Origin: Aquificaceae bacterium
GTDB taxonomy: Bacteria; Aquificota; Aquificia; Aquificales; Aquificaceae
Length of the DNA: 64,000 nt
Assembly: GCA_037925075.1 (NCBI GenBank)
Contig: JAXSNR010000001.1
Coordinates: 736,001-800,000, forward strand
Reading direction: 5' to 3'
The notes below the pieces were generated by a model. It made no database searches, had not been told where the DNA came from, and worked only from the letters and a program-made list of their open reading frames with translations. The position numbers and the translations under genes are program-made. This document shows positions 45,631 to 56,128 of the stretch, piece by piece. The first letter of the stretch is position 1. Each line of letters begins with the position of its first letter.

Positions 45631-46983
45631 TTATTTTCCTATACAGAACCTTGAAAATATGCTTCCTAAAACATCCTCCGTACTTACGACTCCAAGAATT
45701 TCTTCCAAATAGCTAAGGGCTTCCCTCAAATCAAGCATGAGTATCTCTGGAAACAGCTCTTCTCTCTCCAGTCTGTGTATTAATGATTTTAACACCTCTG
45801 AGGATTTTTTCAAGAGGTTTTCGTGCCTGACGGTAATGTAAACCTGCATTCCATTGCTTACATGAAGACCCAACCTTTGCAGGATGCTTTCTTTTAGCTC
45901 TTCCAGTCCATACCCGGTGAGGGCACTTACCTTCATGGCTTGAGGGAAGACCTGAAGAACCTCCTTCTCTATACCTTGGTCCACTTTGTTAGCCACTACA
46001 ATATGCTCAAGCTCCTTAACCATGGAGTGTATGCTCATGTCCTCTTCCTCAAGGGGTCTGCTGGCGTCTACCACAAAAAGGACCATGTCAGAGGTTTTGA
46101 GCCTCTGGATGCTTCTTTCTACTCCTATCTTTTCTACAGGGTCCTCGGTATGTCTTATGCCTGCGGTATCTATGAGGTTTACCGGTATGCCCTTTAGGGT
46201 CAGGTTTTCTTGCAAGAAGTCCCTTGTGGTTCCCGGGATGTCTGTAACTATGGCTCTTTCCTTACCAAGCAAGGCATTAAAGAGAGAAGATTTCCCCACG
46301 TTGGGCTTTCCCACTATGGCAAGGTTTATGCCCCTTCTGAGAAATTCTCCGGTTCTTACCGTTGAGAGCAGTAGCTGTATGTCCCTAAGGATATCTCTGA
46401 GTAGGTTTATCAGTTGCCCCTTACTGAGGGTGGGTATGTCTTCTTCTGAGAACTCTATGTCCGCCTCCACGTAGGCAAGGAGTTCAAGGATCCTGTCTCT
46501 TAGGGATTTTATCAGAGCGGATAGCTCTCCCTGTAGCCTTTTTTGTGCGGATTTAAGGCTTAGCTCAGACCTTGCACCTATTAGGTCTCCCACCGCCTCT
46601 GCCTGAAGAAGGTCCAGCTTTCCGTTCAGAAACGCCCTCTTGGTAAACTCCCCGGGCTCTGCAAGCCTTATACCTCTGGAGAGGAAAAGCTCAAGGGCTT
46701 TTTTTAATATAAGAGGGTTTCCATGAAGGAAAAGCTCCACCATGTCCTCGCCCGTGTAGCTTTTTGGAGATGGATAGAAGATAAAAATCCCCTCATCAAG
46801 CACACTACCGTCCTTGTCCCTAAGCTTTACAAAATGGGCATACCTTGCCTTTAGACTTCCTCTAAAAGTCAAAAGGTCCCTTATCCTTTCTAAAACACCA
46901 AGACCGGACAACCTTATGGCTCCAATGGCACTTTCACCAAAGGGCGTTGCTATGGCTACGATGGGTTCTCTTTGTTTTACCAT
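45631..46983 (-). CDS. mnmE: tRNA modification GTPase MnmE (TrmE)
   Basis: IVAIATP, SYTGED, GKPNVGKSSL, GTTRD, DTAGIR, FSRFCIGK. Confidence 0.98.
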   Translation of the reverse strand: MVKQREPIVAIATPFGESAIGAIRLSGLGVLERIRDLLTFRGSLKARYAHFVKLRDKDGSVLDEGIFIFYPSPKSYTGEDMVELFLHGNPLILKKALELFLSRGIRLAEPGEFTKRAFLNGKLDLLQAEAVGDLIGARSELSLKSAQKRLQGELSALIKSLRDRILELLAYVEADIEFSEEDIPTLSKGQLINLLRDILRDIQLLLSTVRTGEFLRRGINLAIVGKPNVGKSSLFNALLGKERAIVTDIPGTTRDFLQENLTLKGIPVNLIDTAGIRHTEDPVEKIGVERSIQRLKTSDMVLFVVDASRPLEEEDMSIHSMVKELEHIVVANKVDQGIEKEVLQVFPQAMKVSALTGYGLEELKESILQRLGLHVSNGMQVYITVRHENLLKKSSEVLKSLIHRLEREELFPEILMLDLREALSYLEEILGVVSTEDVLGSIFSRFCIGK

Positions 46984-47004
46984 GGTTTTTAGAAAATAAA
47001 TTAT

Positions 47005-47904
47005 TTAGTCCAAGATAAGCGTCAAGTTTTTGGCATGCTCAAGGGCTTTTTTGTATTCCTCTTTGCTTACTTTCCTTGAAAGCTCAGGATACTTATAGGC
47101 TTGGTAGTGGGGCATGTACTGGTCCATCAGGTTGACCGCCATGCGTGGGGAGATGGCTCTTAGTTCTTCCATTATGGTTTGCGTTTTGGCTAAATCCTGC
47201 GGTAGAACAAGGTGTCTTATGAGGACGCCTTTTATGGCTATACCCTCTTCGTTTAGCTCAAGGTCTCCCACCTGACGGTACATTTCTCTTATGGCTTGCA
47301 AGGCTACCTTATGGTAGTCTTTTACCTTTGAATACTTTCTGCCCATGTGGTCATCTCCGTACTTGAAGTCTGCCAAGTATATGTCCACTATGCCATCAAG
47401 TAGCCTAAGGCTTTCTAGGCTGTCATAAGAAGAAGTGTTATACACTATGGGAATTCTTAGCCCACCCTTTACCGCTATGTGGAGGGCTTGAAGTATTTGA
47501 GGAACCACGTGGGATGGGCTTACAAGGTTTATGTTATGACAGCCAAGCCTCTGAAGGCTCAAGAAAACCTTCGCAAGCTCTTCGGGTCTTAGCTCCTCAC
47601 CTTCTCCCAGATGGCTTATGGTGTAGTTCTGACAGTAAACGCATTTCATGTTGCAATGGGAGAAAAAGACCGTACCTGAGCCTCTTTTGCCCCTTATGGG
47701 CTTCTCTTCTCCCCTATGGGGAAAGTAGTCCGCCACCACTACATGCCTTCCAGTTTTGCAGTAGCCCTTTTCATCTTCCAGTCTATTAACGCCGCACCTG
47801 TGAGGGCAAACTTCACAGCTTTTTAGCATCTCAAGGGCCTTATTTATACGTTCAGTCCACTCCTCTTCGCTTAGATTCAGATAGGAAGGGTATTTCCTGT
47901 CCAT
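47005..47904 (-). CDS. PflX-like radical SAM protein
   Basis: CEVCPHRCGVNR, HRGEE, GSGTVFFSHCNMKCVYCQN, GVLIRHLVLP; start moved to ATG 47904. Confidence 0.88.
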   Translation of the reverse strand: MDRKYPSYLNLSEEEWTERINKALEMLKSCEVCPHRCGVNRLEDEKGYCKTGRHVVVADYFPHRGEEKPIRGKRGSGTVFFSHCNMKCVYCQNYTISHLGEGEELRPEELAKVFLSLQRLGCHNINLVSPSHVVPQILQALHIAVKGGLRIPIVYNTSSYDSLESLRLLDGIVDIYLADFKYGDDHMGRKYSKVKDYHKVALQAIREMYRQVGDLELNEEGIAIKGVLIRHLVLPQDLAKTQTIMEELRAISPRMAVNLMDQYMPHYQAYKYPELSRKVSKEEYKKALEHAKNLTLILD

Positions 47905-47931
47905 ACCGGCTACTGGGTTATAATATATGCC

Positions 47932-49017
47932 ATGAAACTCAAGATAGACAGAGAGGAATTTCTGTCCGCCCTTCAAAAGGCGAAGAACGCCACAGAGAAG
48001 AAGTCTGCTCTGCCCATACTTAACAACTTCCTTCTGAGTGCGGAAGATGGATTTCTCAGCTTAAGGGCAACTGACCTTGAAAATTTCCTTTCCCTACGCA
48101 TAGGGGCTGAGGTGGAAGAGGAGGGCAAAACCGCGGTCAGTGCTGACAAGCTCACCAATGTGGTAAAGAGCCTTGCAAGTGCTACGGTTTCAATTGAGCT
48201 CAGAGAGGACCGGTTGGTGGTGGGAGGAGGAAGAAGCACCTTTAGACTTACAACCCTTGACACAGAAGATTTTCCAGAGTTTCCAAAGCCCGAAACCTCC
48301 GCAGAGCTATCTTCTGCAGACCTTGTAAGGGCAATAGACAAGGTGGAATACGCCATATCAAAGGATGACAGCCGTTATGCCCTTCAAGGCTTGTATGTTC
48401 ATGAGGTGGATGGAAGGACACACTTTGTAGGTTCAGATGGACACAGGCTTGCCCTCTTTTGGAAGAACTCTTCCTTTCCTATGGAGCTTCTCATACCAAG
48501 AAAGAGCCTCAAAGTAATTCAAGGTCTTATGAAGGAATACCTTGGATCTGTTAAATCTGGCAAGGACGAATCCTTTGCCCATTTTACCGGTGAGGACTGG
48601 AGCCTGTCTGTGAGACTGTTAGAGGGTGAGTATCCAGACTACATGGCGGTTATACCCAGAAGCTTTAACCACGAGGTGCTAATAAATAGAGTGGACTTTC
48701 TTGAAAGCCTCAAAAGGTTGTCCGCCATAGCGGAGTCCTCCGCCTTTCCCGTAAAGGTGAGCTTTTCTGACCACATGGCCCTTTTTGAGATATCCGACCC
48801 AGAGTATGGAGAGGGAAAGGATGAGGTGGATGTGGACTACACGGGCGAGCCTGTGGATGTGGGCTTTAACGGCAAGTACCTTATAGAAGCCTTAGACAGC
48901 TTTGATGTAGGGAGGGTCTGGATAAGGATAGTGGACCCAGACAGTGCTGTGGTTATTGAGTCTGATGATACGGAAAAGGACCCCTACCTTTGTCTTGTTA
49001 TGCCCATGAGGCTCTAA
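47932..49017 (+). CDS. dnaN: DNA polymerase III beta sliding clamp
   Basis: ATDLE, SDGHRL, LEGEYPDY, GFNGKYL, LVMPMRL. Confidence 0.97.
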   Translation: MKLKIDREEFLSALQKAKNATEKKSALPILNNFLLSAEDGFLSLRATDLENFLSLRIGAEVEEEGKTAVSADKLTNVVKSLASATVSIELREDRLVVGGGRSTFRLTTLDTEDFPEFPKPETSAELSSADLVRAIDKVEYAISKDDSRYALQGLYVHEVDGRTHFVGSDGHRLALFWKNSSFPMELLIPRKSLKVIQGLMKEYLGSVKSGKDESFAHFTGEDWSLSVRLLEGEYPDYMAVIPRSFNHEVLINRVDFLESLKRLSAIAESSAFPVKVSFSDHMALFEISDPEYGEGKDEVDVDYTGEPVDVGFNGKYLIEALDSFDVGRVWIRIVDPDSAVVIESDDTEKDPYLCLVMPMRL

Positions 49018-50434
49018 GGACAGGTTTTCTGTTTGCCTCTGCTTCCTTTATCCTCTTTACCTGCGTCCCATGTGGTGAGGACCTGAGAAGTTGAGGGTTT
49101 TCCTGTGCGGTCCTTACTATCTCCCTTAGGGCTTGGGCAAACCTCTCAAGGGTCTGAGGGCTTTCCGTTTCTGTGGGCTCTATCATGAGAGCCTCTTTTA
49201 CGGTAAGGGGAAAGTATACGGTGGGTGCATAAAAGCCCATGTCCAACAGAGCCTTTGCCACATCCATAGCCCTTATGTCCCCTTTTAGGAGGTTTTGAGC
49301 TGACAGGACAAACTCGTGCATGCAAGGGACATGCTCATAAGGATCAAGGAGAAGGTCCTTAAGGAGCTTTCTCAGGTATCTTGCGTTAAGAATCGCATAC
49401 TTTGCCACCTTGTCTATCTCCGAGCCATAAGAGAGTATGTATGCTAAAGCCCTTACAAAAACGCCCACATGCCCGTAGAAGGCAAGGACTTTACCCACGC
49501 TTTTGGGTCTGTCCCAGTCTAACCTGTACTTTCCATCCTCAAAGACCACATGAGGAACGGGAAGGTAGGCTTCGAGCCTTTCTGAAACACCAACCGCACC
49601 ACCACCGGGACCTCCCCCTCCGTGGGGTGTTGAGAAGGTCTTATGGAGGTTAAAGTGCATCACATCCACACCCCACTCCCCGGGTCTTGCAACTCCCACA
49701 AGGGCGTTCATGTTGGCACCATCCATGTAAAGGAGTGCATCCTTTTCATGAAGCGTCTGAGCTATATCCCTTATCCTTCTTTCAAATATGCCCAGAGTGT
49801 TTGGGTTTGTTAGCATAAGGCATGCGGTATTGTCGCTTAACTTCTTCTGAAAATCTTCCCAGTCAAGCTCTCCCTTCTCGTTGCTTTTAACCGTTATAAC
49901 CTCAAAACCACACAGAGATGCGGTCGCGGGATTTGTACCATGGGAGGTGTCTGGCACAAGGACCTCCCTCTTGTGGAAATTCCCCCTGTCCCTGTGGTAA
50001 GAGAGTATCATCAAAAGCCCCAAAAGCTCACCATGAGCCCCAGCTGCGGGCTGTAGAGAAACCTCCTTAAAGCCCCCTATCTCCTTAAGAAGCTCCTTCA
50101 ATTGGTACATGAGCTCTAAGGTGCCCTGTGCGTAATCTTCTGGTGTCATGGGATGTAGGCCTAAAAAACCTTCAAGGCTTGCAAGCTCTTCGTTGATCCT
50201 TGGGTTGTATTTCATGGTGCAGGACCCAAGGGGAACCATGGTGGTGTCTATGGCGTAGTTAAGCTGGGAAAGTTTTGTGTAGTGCCTTACCACATCAAGC
50301 TCAGAAACCTCTGGAAACTTAAGGTCTTCTCTGTAGTATTCCCTTAGGTATTCTTTCAGGTCTAACTCTTCCACATCCAAATCTGGCAGTCTATAGCCTC
50401 TTCTTCCCTTTGAAGAAAGCTCAAAGATTAGCAT
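48998..50434 (-). CDS. gcvPB: Glycine dehydrogenase (decarboxylating) subunit 2
   Basis: PLGSCTMKYNP, QPAAGAHGE, SHGTNPA, NLHKTFSTPHGGGGPG, EPTETES. Confidence 0.97.
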   Translation of the reverse strand: MLIFELSSKGRRGYRLPDLDVEELDLKEYLREYYREDLKFPEVSELDVVRHYTKLSQLNYAIDTTMVPLGSCTMKYNPRINEELASLEGFLGLHPMTPEDYAQGTLELMYQLKELLKEIGGFKEVSLQPAAGAHGELLGLLMILSYHRDRGNFHKREVLVPDTSHGTNPATASLCGFEVITVKSNEKGELDWEDFQKKLSDNTACLMLTNPNTLGIFERRIRDIAQTLHEKDALLYMDGANMNALVGVARPGEWGVDVMHFNLHKTFSTPHGGGGPGGGAVGVSERLEAYLPVPHVVFEDGKYRLDWDRPKSVGKVLAFYGHVGVFVRALAYILSYGSEIDKVAKYAILNARYLRKLLKDLLLDPYEHVPCMHEFVLSAQNLLKGDIRAMDVAKALLDMGFYAPTVYFPLTVKEALMIEPTETESPQTLERFAQALREIVRTAQENPQLLRSSPHGTQVKRIKEAEANRKPVLRASWA

Positions 50435-50527
50435 TTTTTACATTATAACCTTTTATAGATACTATAAAAATCCTTTATTGACCAAGGGCATAAGGGAAGT
50501 ATATTAAAGCTAAGGAGGTGGTGGGAA

Positions 50528-51937
50528 ATGATAGAACTGATCCTTAACAAACAAACCCTTTCCAACAAGGAGAAGCTTGCCCTTTTTAGGAGCCTTCTGA
50601 GGTCTGAGATGGAGGTTCTCAACGAATACTGCACTGCGGACCACATGCCAAAGAGGTACATGTTGGAACTGTGTCATCTCCAAAACATAAAAAAGGTGAA
50701 CATAGCCAGACTTCTGAGCATAATTGAGTTCTACGACCCAGAGTTTATAAAGACCCTTGCCCTGACGGACCCAAGAGTGAGAAAATTTTTAGGTTATTAC
50801 TTTGATTTTCTTAGAACAAACCCCTACGGATACGAAGCCATAGAGCCCCAAAACCTTTTTGGAAACTGGGACTTTATAAAATACAAGCTAAAGGTACTTT
50901 TACCAGAGCTAAGCCTTGATGAAATAGAGAGGTTTAAGTTCAAAAGAAAAGAGTTTGTTGAATACGCAAGAAAAAGGACCGGTGAAAGCGAGGAGGTGAT
51001 AGAGTCAAAGCTCAACAAGGCAACGTGGTATGAGAGCATCCCATACCTTGAGCTTGAGGAGGAGATGTCTAAACAATGGCATCCCGAGCCCATAATGACC
51101 GACGAGGACTGGAAGTTTATAAAGAGGCATATAAAAGGCAGGAAGAATGTGGTGATCTTTCAGGATGGAAAGGAAAAGCTTGTTTATGTGGATGTGGATA
51201 TACCAAGCGAGGAGCTTGACAAATACAGAAAAGATAGAGAAGGGCTTAAAAAACTTCTGATGCATAGGTATAACCTTCCCGAAGAGGGTGCGGAGCAGAT
51301 ACTTAGAAAAGCCGGCTGGGAGTCCGAAACCTACCACATAGTACCACCCATTCATAGCGATGTGGTCTTAGATTACGGAGAGCTTGAAAAAGAGGTAAAG
51401 GAAGAAGGGGAGGAAGAGAGCAATGTGAGCTACCATGAGCTTTCTAACTTTATAAGATACTTGGGAGGTCTTGAATTGGAAGAGCTTAACTACTTTGAGC
51501 TTGCATACGACAAGGTGGAGCCAGAGGTACAGAACATCCTTGACCAGATAATAAGAACCCAGAGGAGGATATTGGGCAAGCTCTTTGGCATCTTCTACAC
51601 CGTTGACCCACTAATGGCGGAAGCCATACTAACCATAAAGCCAGAAAGGCTTGAGTTCCTAAAATCCCTGACGGTAAGCGAGACAGTAAGAGGGAAGGAG
51701 TTTAATCTTTATTCTAACCTTGCAGCGTGGAACACGGTAAAGGAGAGGATAATCTCCCGTTTTCCCGAAGTAAGCTACGAAGAGATAGAGGAGTTCAAGG
51801 GTAGAAGACAGGATTTTGTTAGGTTTTTGGCACAGAGGACAGGAAGGTCGGAGGAGGCGGTAGAAAGAGGGCTTGAGGAATGTGGATGGCTAAGAACCGA
51901 GGAGATACCACCTTTCCTTAGACAGATAGGGCCATAA
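50528..51937 (+). CDS. Hypothetical protein with two degenerate ferritin-like segments and three CsbD/YjbJ-like repeats
   Basis: Strong SD AAGGAGGTG; internal repeats recognised by eye (see findings). Confidence 0.6.
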   Translation: MIELILNKQTLSNKEKLALFRSLLRSEMEVLNEYCTADHMPKRYMLELCHLQNIKKVNIARLLSIIEFYDPEFIKTLALTDPRVRKFLGYYFDFLRTNPYGYEAIEPQNLFGNWDFIKYKLKVLLPELSLDEIERFKFKRKEFVEYARKRTGESEEVIESKLNKATWYESIPYLELEEEMSKQWHPEPIMTDEDWKFIKRHIKGRKNVVIFQDGKEKLVYVDVDIPSEELDKYRKDREGLKKLLMHRYNLPEEGAEQILRKAGWESETYHIVPPIHSDVVLDYGELEKEVKEEGEEESNVSYHELSNFIRYLGGLELEELNYFELAYDKVEPEVQNILDQIIRTQRRILGKLFGIFYTVDPLMAEAILTIKPERLEFLKSLTVSETVRGKEFNLYSNLAAWNTVKERIISRFPEVSYEEIEEFKGRRQDFVRFLAQRTGRSEEAVERGLEECGWLRTEEIPPFLRQIGP

Positions 51938-51956
51938 GCTGTTAAAATCTTAACCT

Positions 51957-53174
51957 ATGCTGGAGGGTCTGGTTTTAAAAAACAGTACTAAGATACTTTT
52001 GGTGGTGCTTGATGGACTGGGTGGCCTTCCAGTAAAGGAGGGCAAGACGGAGCTTGAACTTGCCAACACTCCAAACCTTGACGCCTTGGCCAAAAGGTCT
52101 GCCCTTGGCATGCATATACCAGTGGATTATGGCATAACGCCCGGTAGTGGTCCCGGACATCTTGGTATCTTTGGCTACAATCCTATGGAGCACAAGATCG
52201 GTAGGGGTGTATTGGAGGCTCTTGGGCTTGGGCTTGAGGTAAAAGATACGGACATAGCCATAAGGGGAAACTACGCCACGGTGGAGAAGGTAAACGGCAA
52301 AAGGGTGGTAATAGATAGAAGGGCTGGAAGGATTCCCACCGAAGAAAACAGGAGGATAACCAAAAGGCTTTCGGAGGCTATAAGGGAAGTGGATGGCGTG
52401 AAGGTCTTCTTTGCACCGGGCATGGAGCATAGGGTCGCACTGCTTTTGAGGTTTCCAGAGCCTCTTCCAGAAGGAAGCGACCTTATAAAAGATACAGACC
52501 CACAAAAGGAAGGCTTAGAGCCCATACCACCGCAGGGCATAAACCAAGCGTCAGAAAGGGTTGCACGGGTATTAAGGGAGCTTTTGGGGAGAATAGAGGA
52601 GGTGCTTGGCGATGAGCCAAAGGCTAACTACATGCTCCTGCGGGGCTTTTCTCAAAAGCCCAAGATGGAAAGCTTTGAAAAAAGGTTTGGCCTAAAAGCC
52701 TGTGCCATTGCGGTCTATCCCATGTACAAGGGCCTTGCAAGCCTTGTAGGAATGGAGCTTATAGAATTTGAGGGGCAATCCATAAAGGATGAAATTATGG
52801 CTCTTAAAAGAGTGTGGCAGGACTATGACTTTTTCTTCTTGCACATAAAGAAGACAGATTCCTACGGAGAGGATGGAAACTACGAAGGAAAGATAAGGGT
52901 AATAGAGGAGTTTGACCAACACCTGCCAGAACTTTTGGAGCTAAAGCCAGATGTATTGGTTATAACGGGAGACCATTCTACCCCATCGGTTTTAAAGGGT
53001 CATTCTTGGCATCCTGTGCCGGTGCTTTTGCACTCCCCTTACGTGCTTGGTGGGACTTCAGAAAGGCTTACAGAAAGGGAATGCCTCAAGGGTGAGCTTG
53101 GCCTTTTCCCCGCGGAAAAGCTCATAAACCTTATGCTGGCGCACTCTCTTAGACTTGCCAAGTTTGGAGCCTAA
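51957..53174 (+). CDS. apgM: 2,3-bisphosphoglycerate-independent phosphoglycerate mutase (ApgM type)
   Basis: [42 protein letters not shown]. Confidence 0.92.
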   Translation: MLEGLVLKNSTKILLVVLDGLGGLPVKEGKTELELANTPNLDALAKRSALGMHIPVDYGITPGSGPGHLGIFGYNPMEHKIGRGVLEALGLGLEVKDTDIAIRGNYATVEKVNGKRVVIDRRAGRIPTEENRRITKRLSEAIREVDGVKVFFAPGMEHRVALLLRFPEPLPEGSDLIKDTDPQKEGLEPIPPQGINQASERVARVLRELLGRIEEVLGDEPKANYMLLRGFSQKPKMESFEKRFGLKACAIAVYPMYKGLASLVGMELIEFEGQSIKDEIMALKRVWQDYDFFFLHIKKTDSYGEDGNYEGKIRVIEEFDQHLPELLELKPDVLVITGDHSTPSVLKGHSWHPVPVLLHSPYVLGGTSERLTERECLKGELGLFPAEKLINLMLAHSLRLAKFGA

Positions 53175-53189
53175 ACTATATTCTTAGGC

Positions 53190-54266
53190 ATGAAAACCCA
53201 TGTGCAAGTATACGATAAGGTTCTTGAGGGTGAAAGGCTAAGCCCTGAGGAAGCCCTTAGCCTTTTTGAAGAGGACCTTTCAAGTCTTGGCTTCCTCGCC
53301 AACGAGGTGAGAAAAAGACATCATCCCGAAAACATAGTCACCTTTGTTATAGACAGAAACATAAACTACACCAACCTGTGCGTGGCAGGGTGCAAGTTCT
53401 GTGCCTTTCAGAGAAAGGTGGGCTCGCCAGAGGGCTACGTGCTTCCAAAGGAGGAGATACTCAAGAAGGTGCAGGAGCTGGTAGATTGGGGCGGGACCAC
53501 GCTTCTCATGCAGGGTGGTCTAAATCCAGATCTGGGAATAGAATACTACGAGGACCTCATAAGCTCCATAAAGGAGAAGTTTCCACAGGTGCAAGTCCAC
53601 TCCTTCTCCGCACCAGAGATAGTTTACCTTGCAAGGATAGAAAGGCTAAGCATAAGGGAAGTTTTGAAAAGGTTAAAGGAAGCTGGGCTTGATTCTTTGC
53701 CGGGTGGTGGTGCGGAGATCCTATCTCAGGAGGTAAGAAGTTTTTTAAGCCCGGGCAAGTGCACCGTGGAAGAGTGGGAGCTTGTGCACAAAACCGCCCA
53801 CGAGCTTGGCATGACCTCCACCGCCACCATGATGTTTGGGCATGTGGAGAAACCAGAGCATATAGTGGAACACTTGGAAAGGGTCAGAAGCATACAAGAC
53901 CAGACAGGTGGCTTTACCGCCTTTATACCTTGGACCTTTAAGAAGGGCAACACACAGCTTGACATGGTGGAAGAAGCACCATCTATCTATTACCTTAAGG
54001 TGCTTGCCATATCAAGGATATACCTTGACAACTTCAAAAACATACAAAGCTCTCATGTAACACAGACCATGCAAATAGGCACCGTAGGGCTTCACTTTGG
54101 TGCCAACGACCTTGGCAGTGTGATGATGGAAGAAAATGTTATATCTTCCACCTCCTACAAGGTAAGCATACCAAAGGTGGAGAATATGGTGGAAGCCATT
54201 AGGTCCGCAGGCTTTATACCAGCCCAGAGGGATACCTACTATAGGATAGTAAGGGTTTTCAACTAA
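53190..54266 (+). CDS. mqnC: Cyclic dehypoxanthinyl futalosine synthase (radical SAM)
   Basis: DRNINYTNLCVAGCKFCAF, PGGGAEIL, TATMMFGHVE, FTAFIPWTF, GANDLGSVMMEENV. Confidence 0.9.
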   Translation: MKTHVQVYDKVLEGERLSPEEALSLFEEDLSSLGFLANEVRKRHHPENIVTFVIDRNINYTNLCVAGCKFCAFQRKVGSPEGYVLPKEEILKKVQELVDWGGTTLLMQGGLNPDLGIEYYEDLISSIKEKFPQVQVHSFSAPEIVYLARIERLSIREVLKRLKEAGLDSLPGGGAEILSQEVRSFLSPGKCTVEEWELVHKTAHELGMTSTATMMFGHVEKPEHIVEHLERVRSIQDQTGGFTAFIPWTFKKGNTQLDMVEEAPSIYYLKVLAISRIYLDNFKNIQSSHVTQTMQIGTVGLHFGANDLGSVMMEENVISSTSYKVSIPKVENMVEAIRSAGFIPAQRDTYYRIVRVFN

Positions 54267-54291
54267 CTTAGATGCTAAAATTATAAACCTC

Positions 54292-54897
54292 ATGCACGCG
54301 GAGATATCTGAACTGATAGAGATAGGAAGGCTTTTGCATTCAAGGGGTTGGTTGCCTGCAAGCGGTGGAAACCTGTCTGTAAGGCTACAAGAGGACAAGG
54401 TTCTCATCACAGCGTCAGGAAGCCACAAGGGGCACCTCACAAGGGAAGACTTTGTGGTTGTTAGCTTGGAGGGTGGTCTTCTGGAAGGCTCAAAAAAACC
54501 CTCCGCGGAGACGCTCCTTCATCTTGTGGTGTATAGGACCTTTCCACAGGTCAAGTCAGTCCTCCATGTACATTCCATCAACTCCACTCTACTGTCAAGG
54601 TTGGCAGAGGGAGATATAGAGCTTGCGGGCTATGAGCTCCTAAAGGCTTTTGAGGGCATAAGGACTCACGAAACAAGCATATCTGTTCCCGTTTTTGAAA
54701 ACTCTCAGGACATGAAAGAGCTTTCTCAAAAGGTTGAAAACAGGCTTAAGGGGGGCAACTTTTATGGCTTTCTTCTCAGGTCCCATGGTCTTTACACATG
54801 GGGTAGTAGCATAAGGGAGGCTTACATAAGGCTTGAAGCTTTTGAGTTTCTTTTTGAGTGTGAGCTAAGATTATTAAAATTAGGAGGTCCAAAATGA
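54292..54897 (+). CDS. mtnB: Methylthioribulose-1-phosphate dehydratase
   Basis: GWLPASGGNLS, ITASG.HKG, PSAETLLH, HVHS, HGLYTWG. Confidence 0.92.
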   Translation: MHAEISELIEIGRLLHSRGWLPASGGNLSVRLQEDKVLITASGSHKGHLTREDFVVVSLEGGLLEGSKKPSAETLLHLVVYRTFPQVKSVLHVHSINSTLLSRLAEGDIELAGYELLKAFEGIRTHETSISVPVFENSQDMKELSQKVENRLKGGNFYGFLLRSHGLYTWGSSIREAYIRLEAFEFLFECELRLLKLGGPK

Positions 54898-55448
54898 GCT
54901 TGCTTGCGGTCTATGACCAAGAAGGAAGGCTTTTGGAGGTTGAGAGGGATTACGAAAAAATAGCCCAGAAGCTTGCTTCCATAGGTGTGCGTTTTGAAAG
55001 ATGGGAAGCAAAGGCAGAGCTTCCTTGGTCTGCAAGTCAAGAAGAGGTGCTTAGGGCTTACAAGGAGGAAGTGGATAGGATCATAAAGGAGTTTGATTTC
55101 AAGTCCATTGATGTGGTAAGCCTCACGCCCGACCATCCAAAGAAGGAGGAGCTAAGGAACATGTTTCTCTCGGAGCACACCCATTCGGACTTTGAGGTGA
55201 GGTTTTTTGTTGACGGCTGTGGGACCTTTTATCTTCATCCAGAAGACAAGGTTCATGTGGTCCTGTGTGAAAAAGGGGACTTTATAAGCGTGCCCGCAAA
55301 CACAAAGCATTGGTTTGATATGGGCACAAAGCCCTTCTTCAAGGCGATAAGGTTTTTCTCCATACCTGAGGGTTGGGTGGCAAACTTTACGGGTTCTAAC
55401 ATATCCGAAAGGATACCAACCCACGACGAGATCCTAAAACTTCTATGA
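54894..55448 (+). CDS. mtnD: Acireductone dioxygenase
   Basis: FLSEHTHSDFEVRFFVDG, SVPANTKHWFDMG, GWVANFTG. Confidence 0.95.
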   Translation: MSLLAVYDQEGRLLEVERDYEKIAQKLASIGVRFERWEAKAELPWSASQEEVLRAYKEEVDRIIKEFDFKSIDVVSLTPDHPKKEELRNMFLSEHTHSDFEVRFFVDGCGTFYLHPEDKVHVVLCEKGDFISVPANTKHWFDMGTKPFFKAIRFFSIPEGWVANFTGSNISERIPTHDEILKLL

Positions 55449-56128
55449 TAAGGGCGGTCATAACCGACATTGAGGGGACAACCTCGTCCCTATCATACGT
55501 GAAAGAGGTTATGTTTCCTTATTCAAAGAAGAAGCTTAGGAGCTTTCTACAAGCCCATTGGCAGGAGGACAAGGTAAGGAATATAATACTCAGCCTTGAA
55601 AAAAGGCTTGGCATTAGCCTTGACCTTGACCTTGCGGTAAGGACCTTTGAGGAATGGATAGACAGAGACCTAAAGGAGCCACTTCTTAAGGAGCTTCAGG
55701 GACATATATGGGAAGAAGGGTTCCTTTCAGGGGAGCTAAGGGGGCACCTCTACGAGGATGCCTACAAAAGGCTTAAAGAGTGGAAGGAAAAGGGCTACAG
55801 GCTTTATGTGTACTCCTCGGGCTCTGTAAAGGCTCAAAAGCTCTTTTTTGGAAATACGGACTATGGAGACATCACAAGCCTCTTTGATGGCTTTTTTGAT
55901 ACATCCGTGGGGAACAAAAGGGAAAGAGAATCTTACTTAAGGATAGCGAACCTTATAAACCTTAAGCCTCAAGAGTGCCTGTTTATATCCGACATGGAGG
56001 AGGAGCTAGATGCGGCAAGGTCCGCAGGGATGAAAACTATAAGGGTTGTGAGAGACATGGAAAATATAAGTTCAAAGCACAAGGTGGTAAGGGACTTCTA
56101 CCAAGTGGGTGACCTCTCAAGCCTGTAA
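55445..56128 (+). CDS. mtnC: Enolase-phosphatase E1 (acireductone synthase)
   Basis: TDIEGTT, LKELQGHIW, VYSSGSVKAQKLFF, LFISD..EELDAA. Confidence 0.95.
   Translation: MIRAVITDIEGTTSSLSYVKEVMFPYSKKKLRSFLQAHWQEDKVRNIILSLEKRLGISLDLDLAVRTFEEWIDRDLKEPLLKELQGHIWEEGFLSGELRGHLYEDAYKRLKEWKEKGYRLYVYSSGSVKAQKLFFGNTDYGDITSLFDGFFDTSVGNKRERESYLRIANLINLKPQECLFISDMEEELDAARSAGMKTIRVVRDMENISSKHKVVRDFYQVGDLSSL

Noticed and set aside
44329..49017. Replication origin near rho, mnmE and dnaN
   Set aside because: No dnaA, no sizeable intergenic gap and no cluster of TTATCCACA boxes seen
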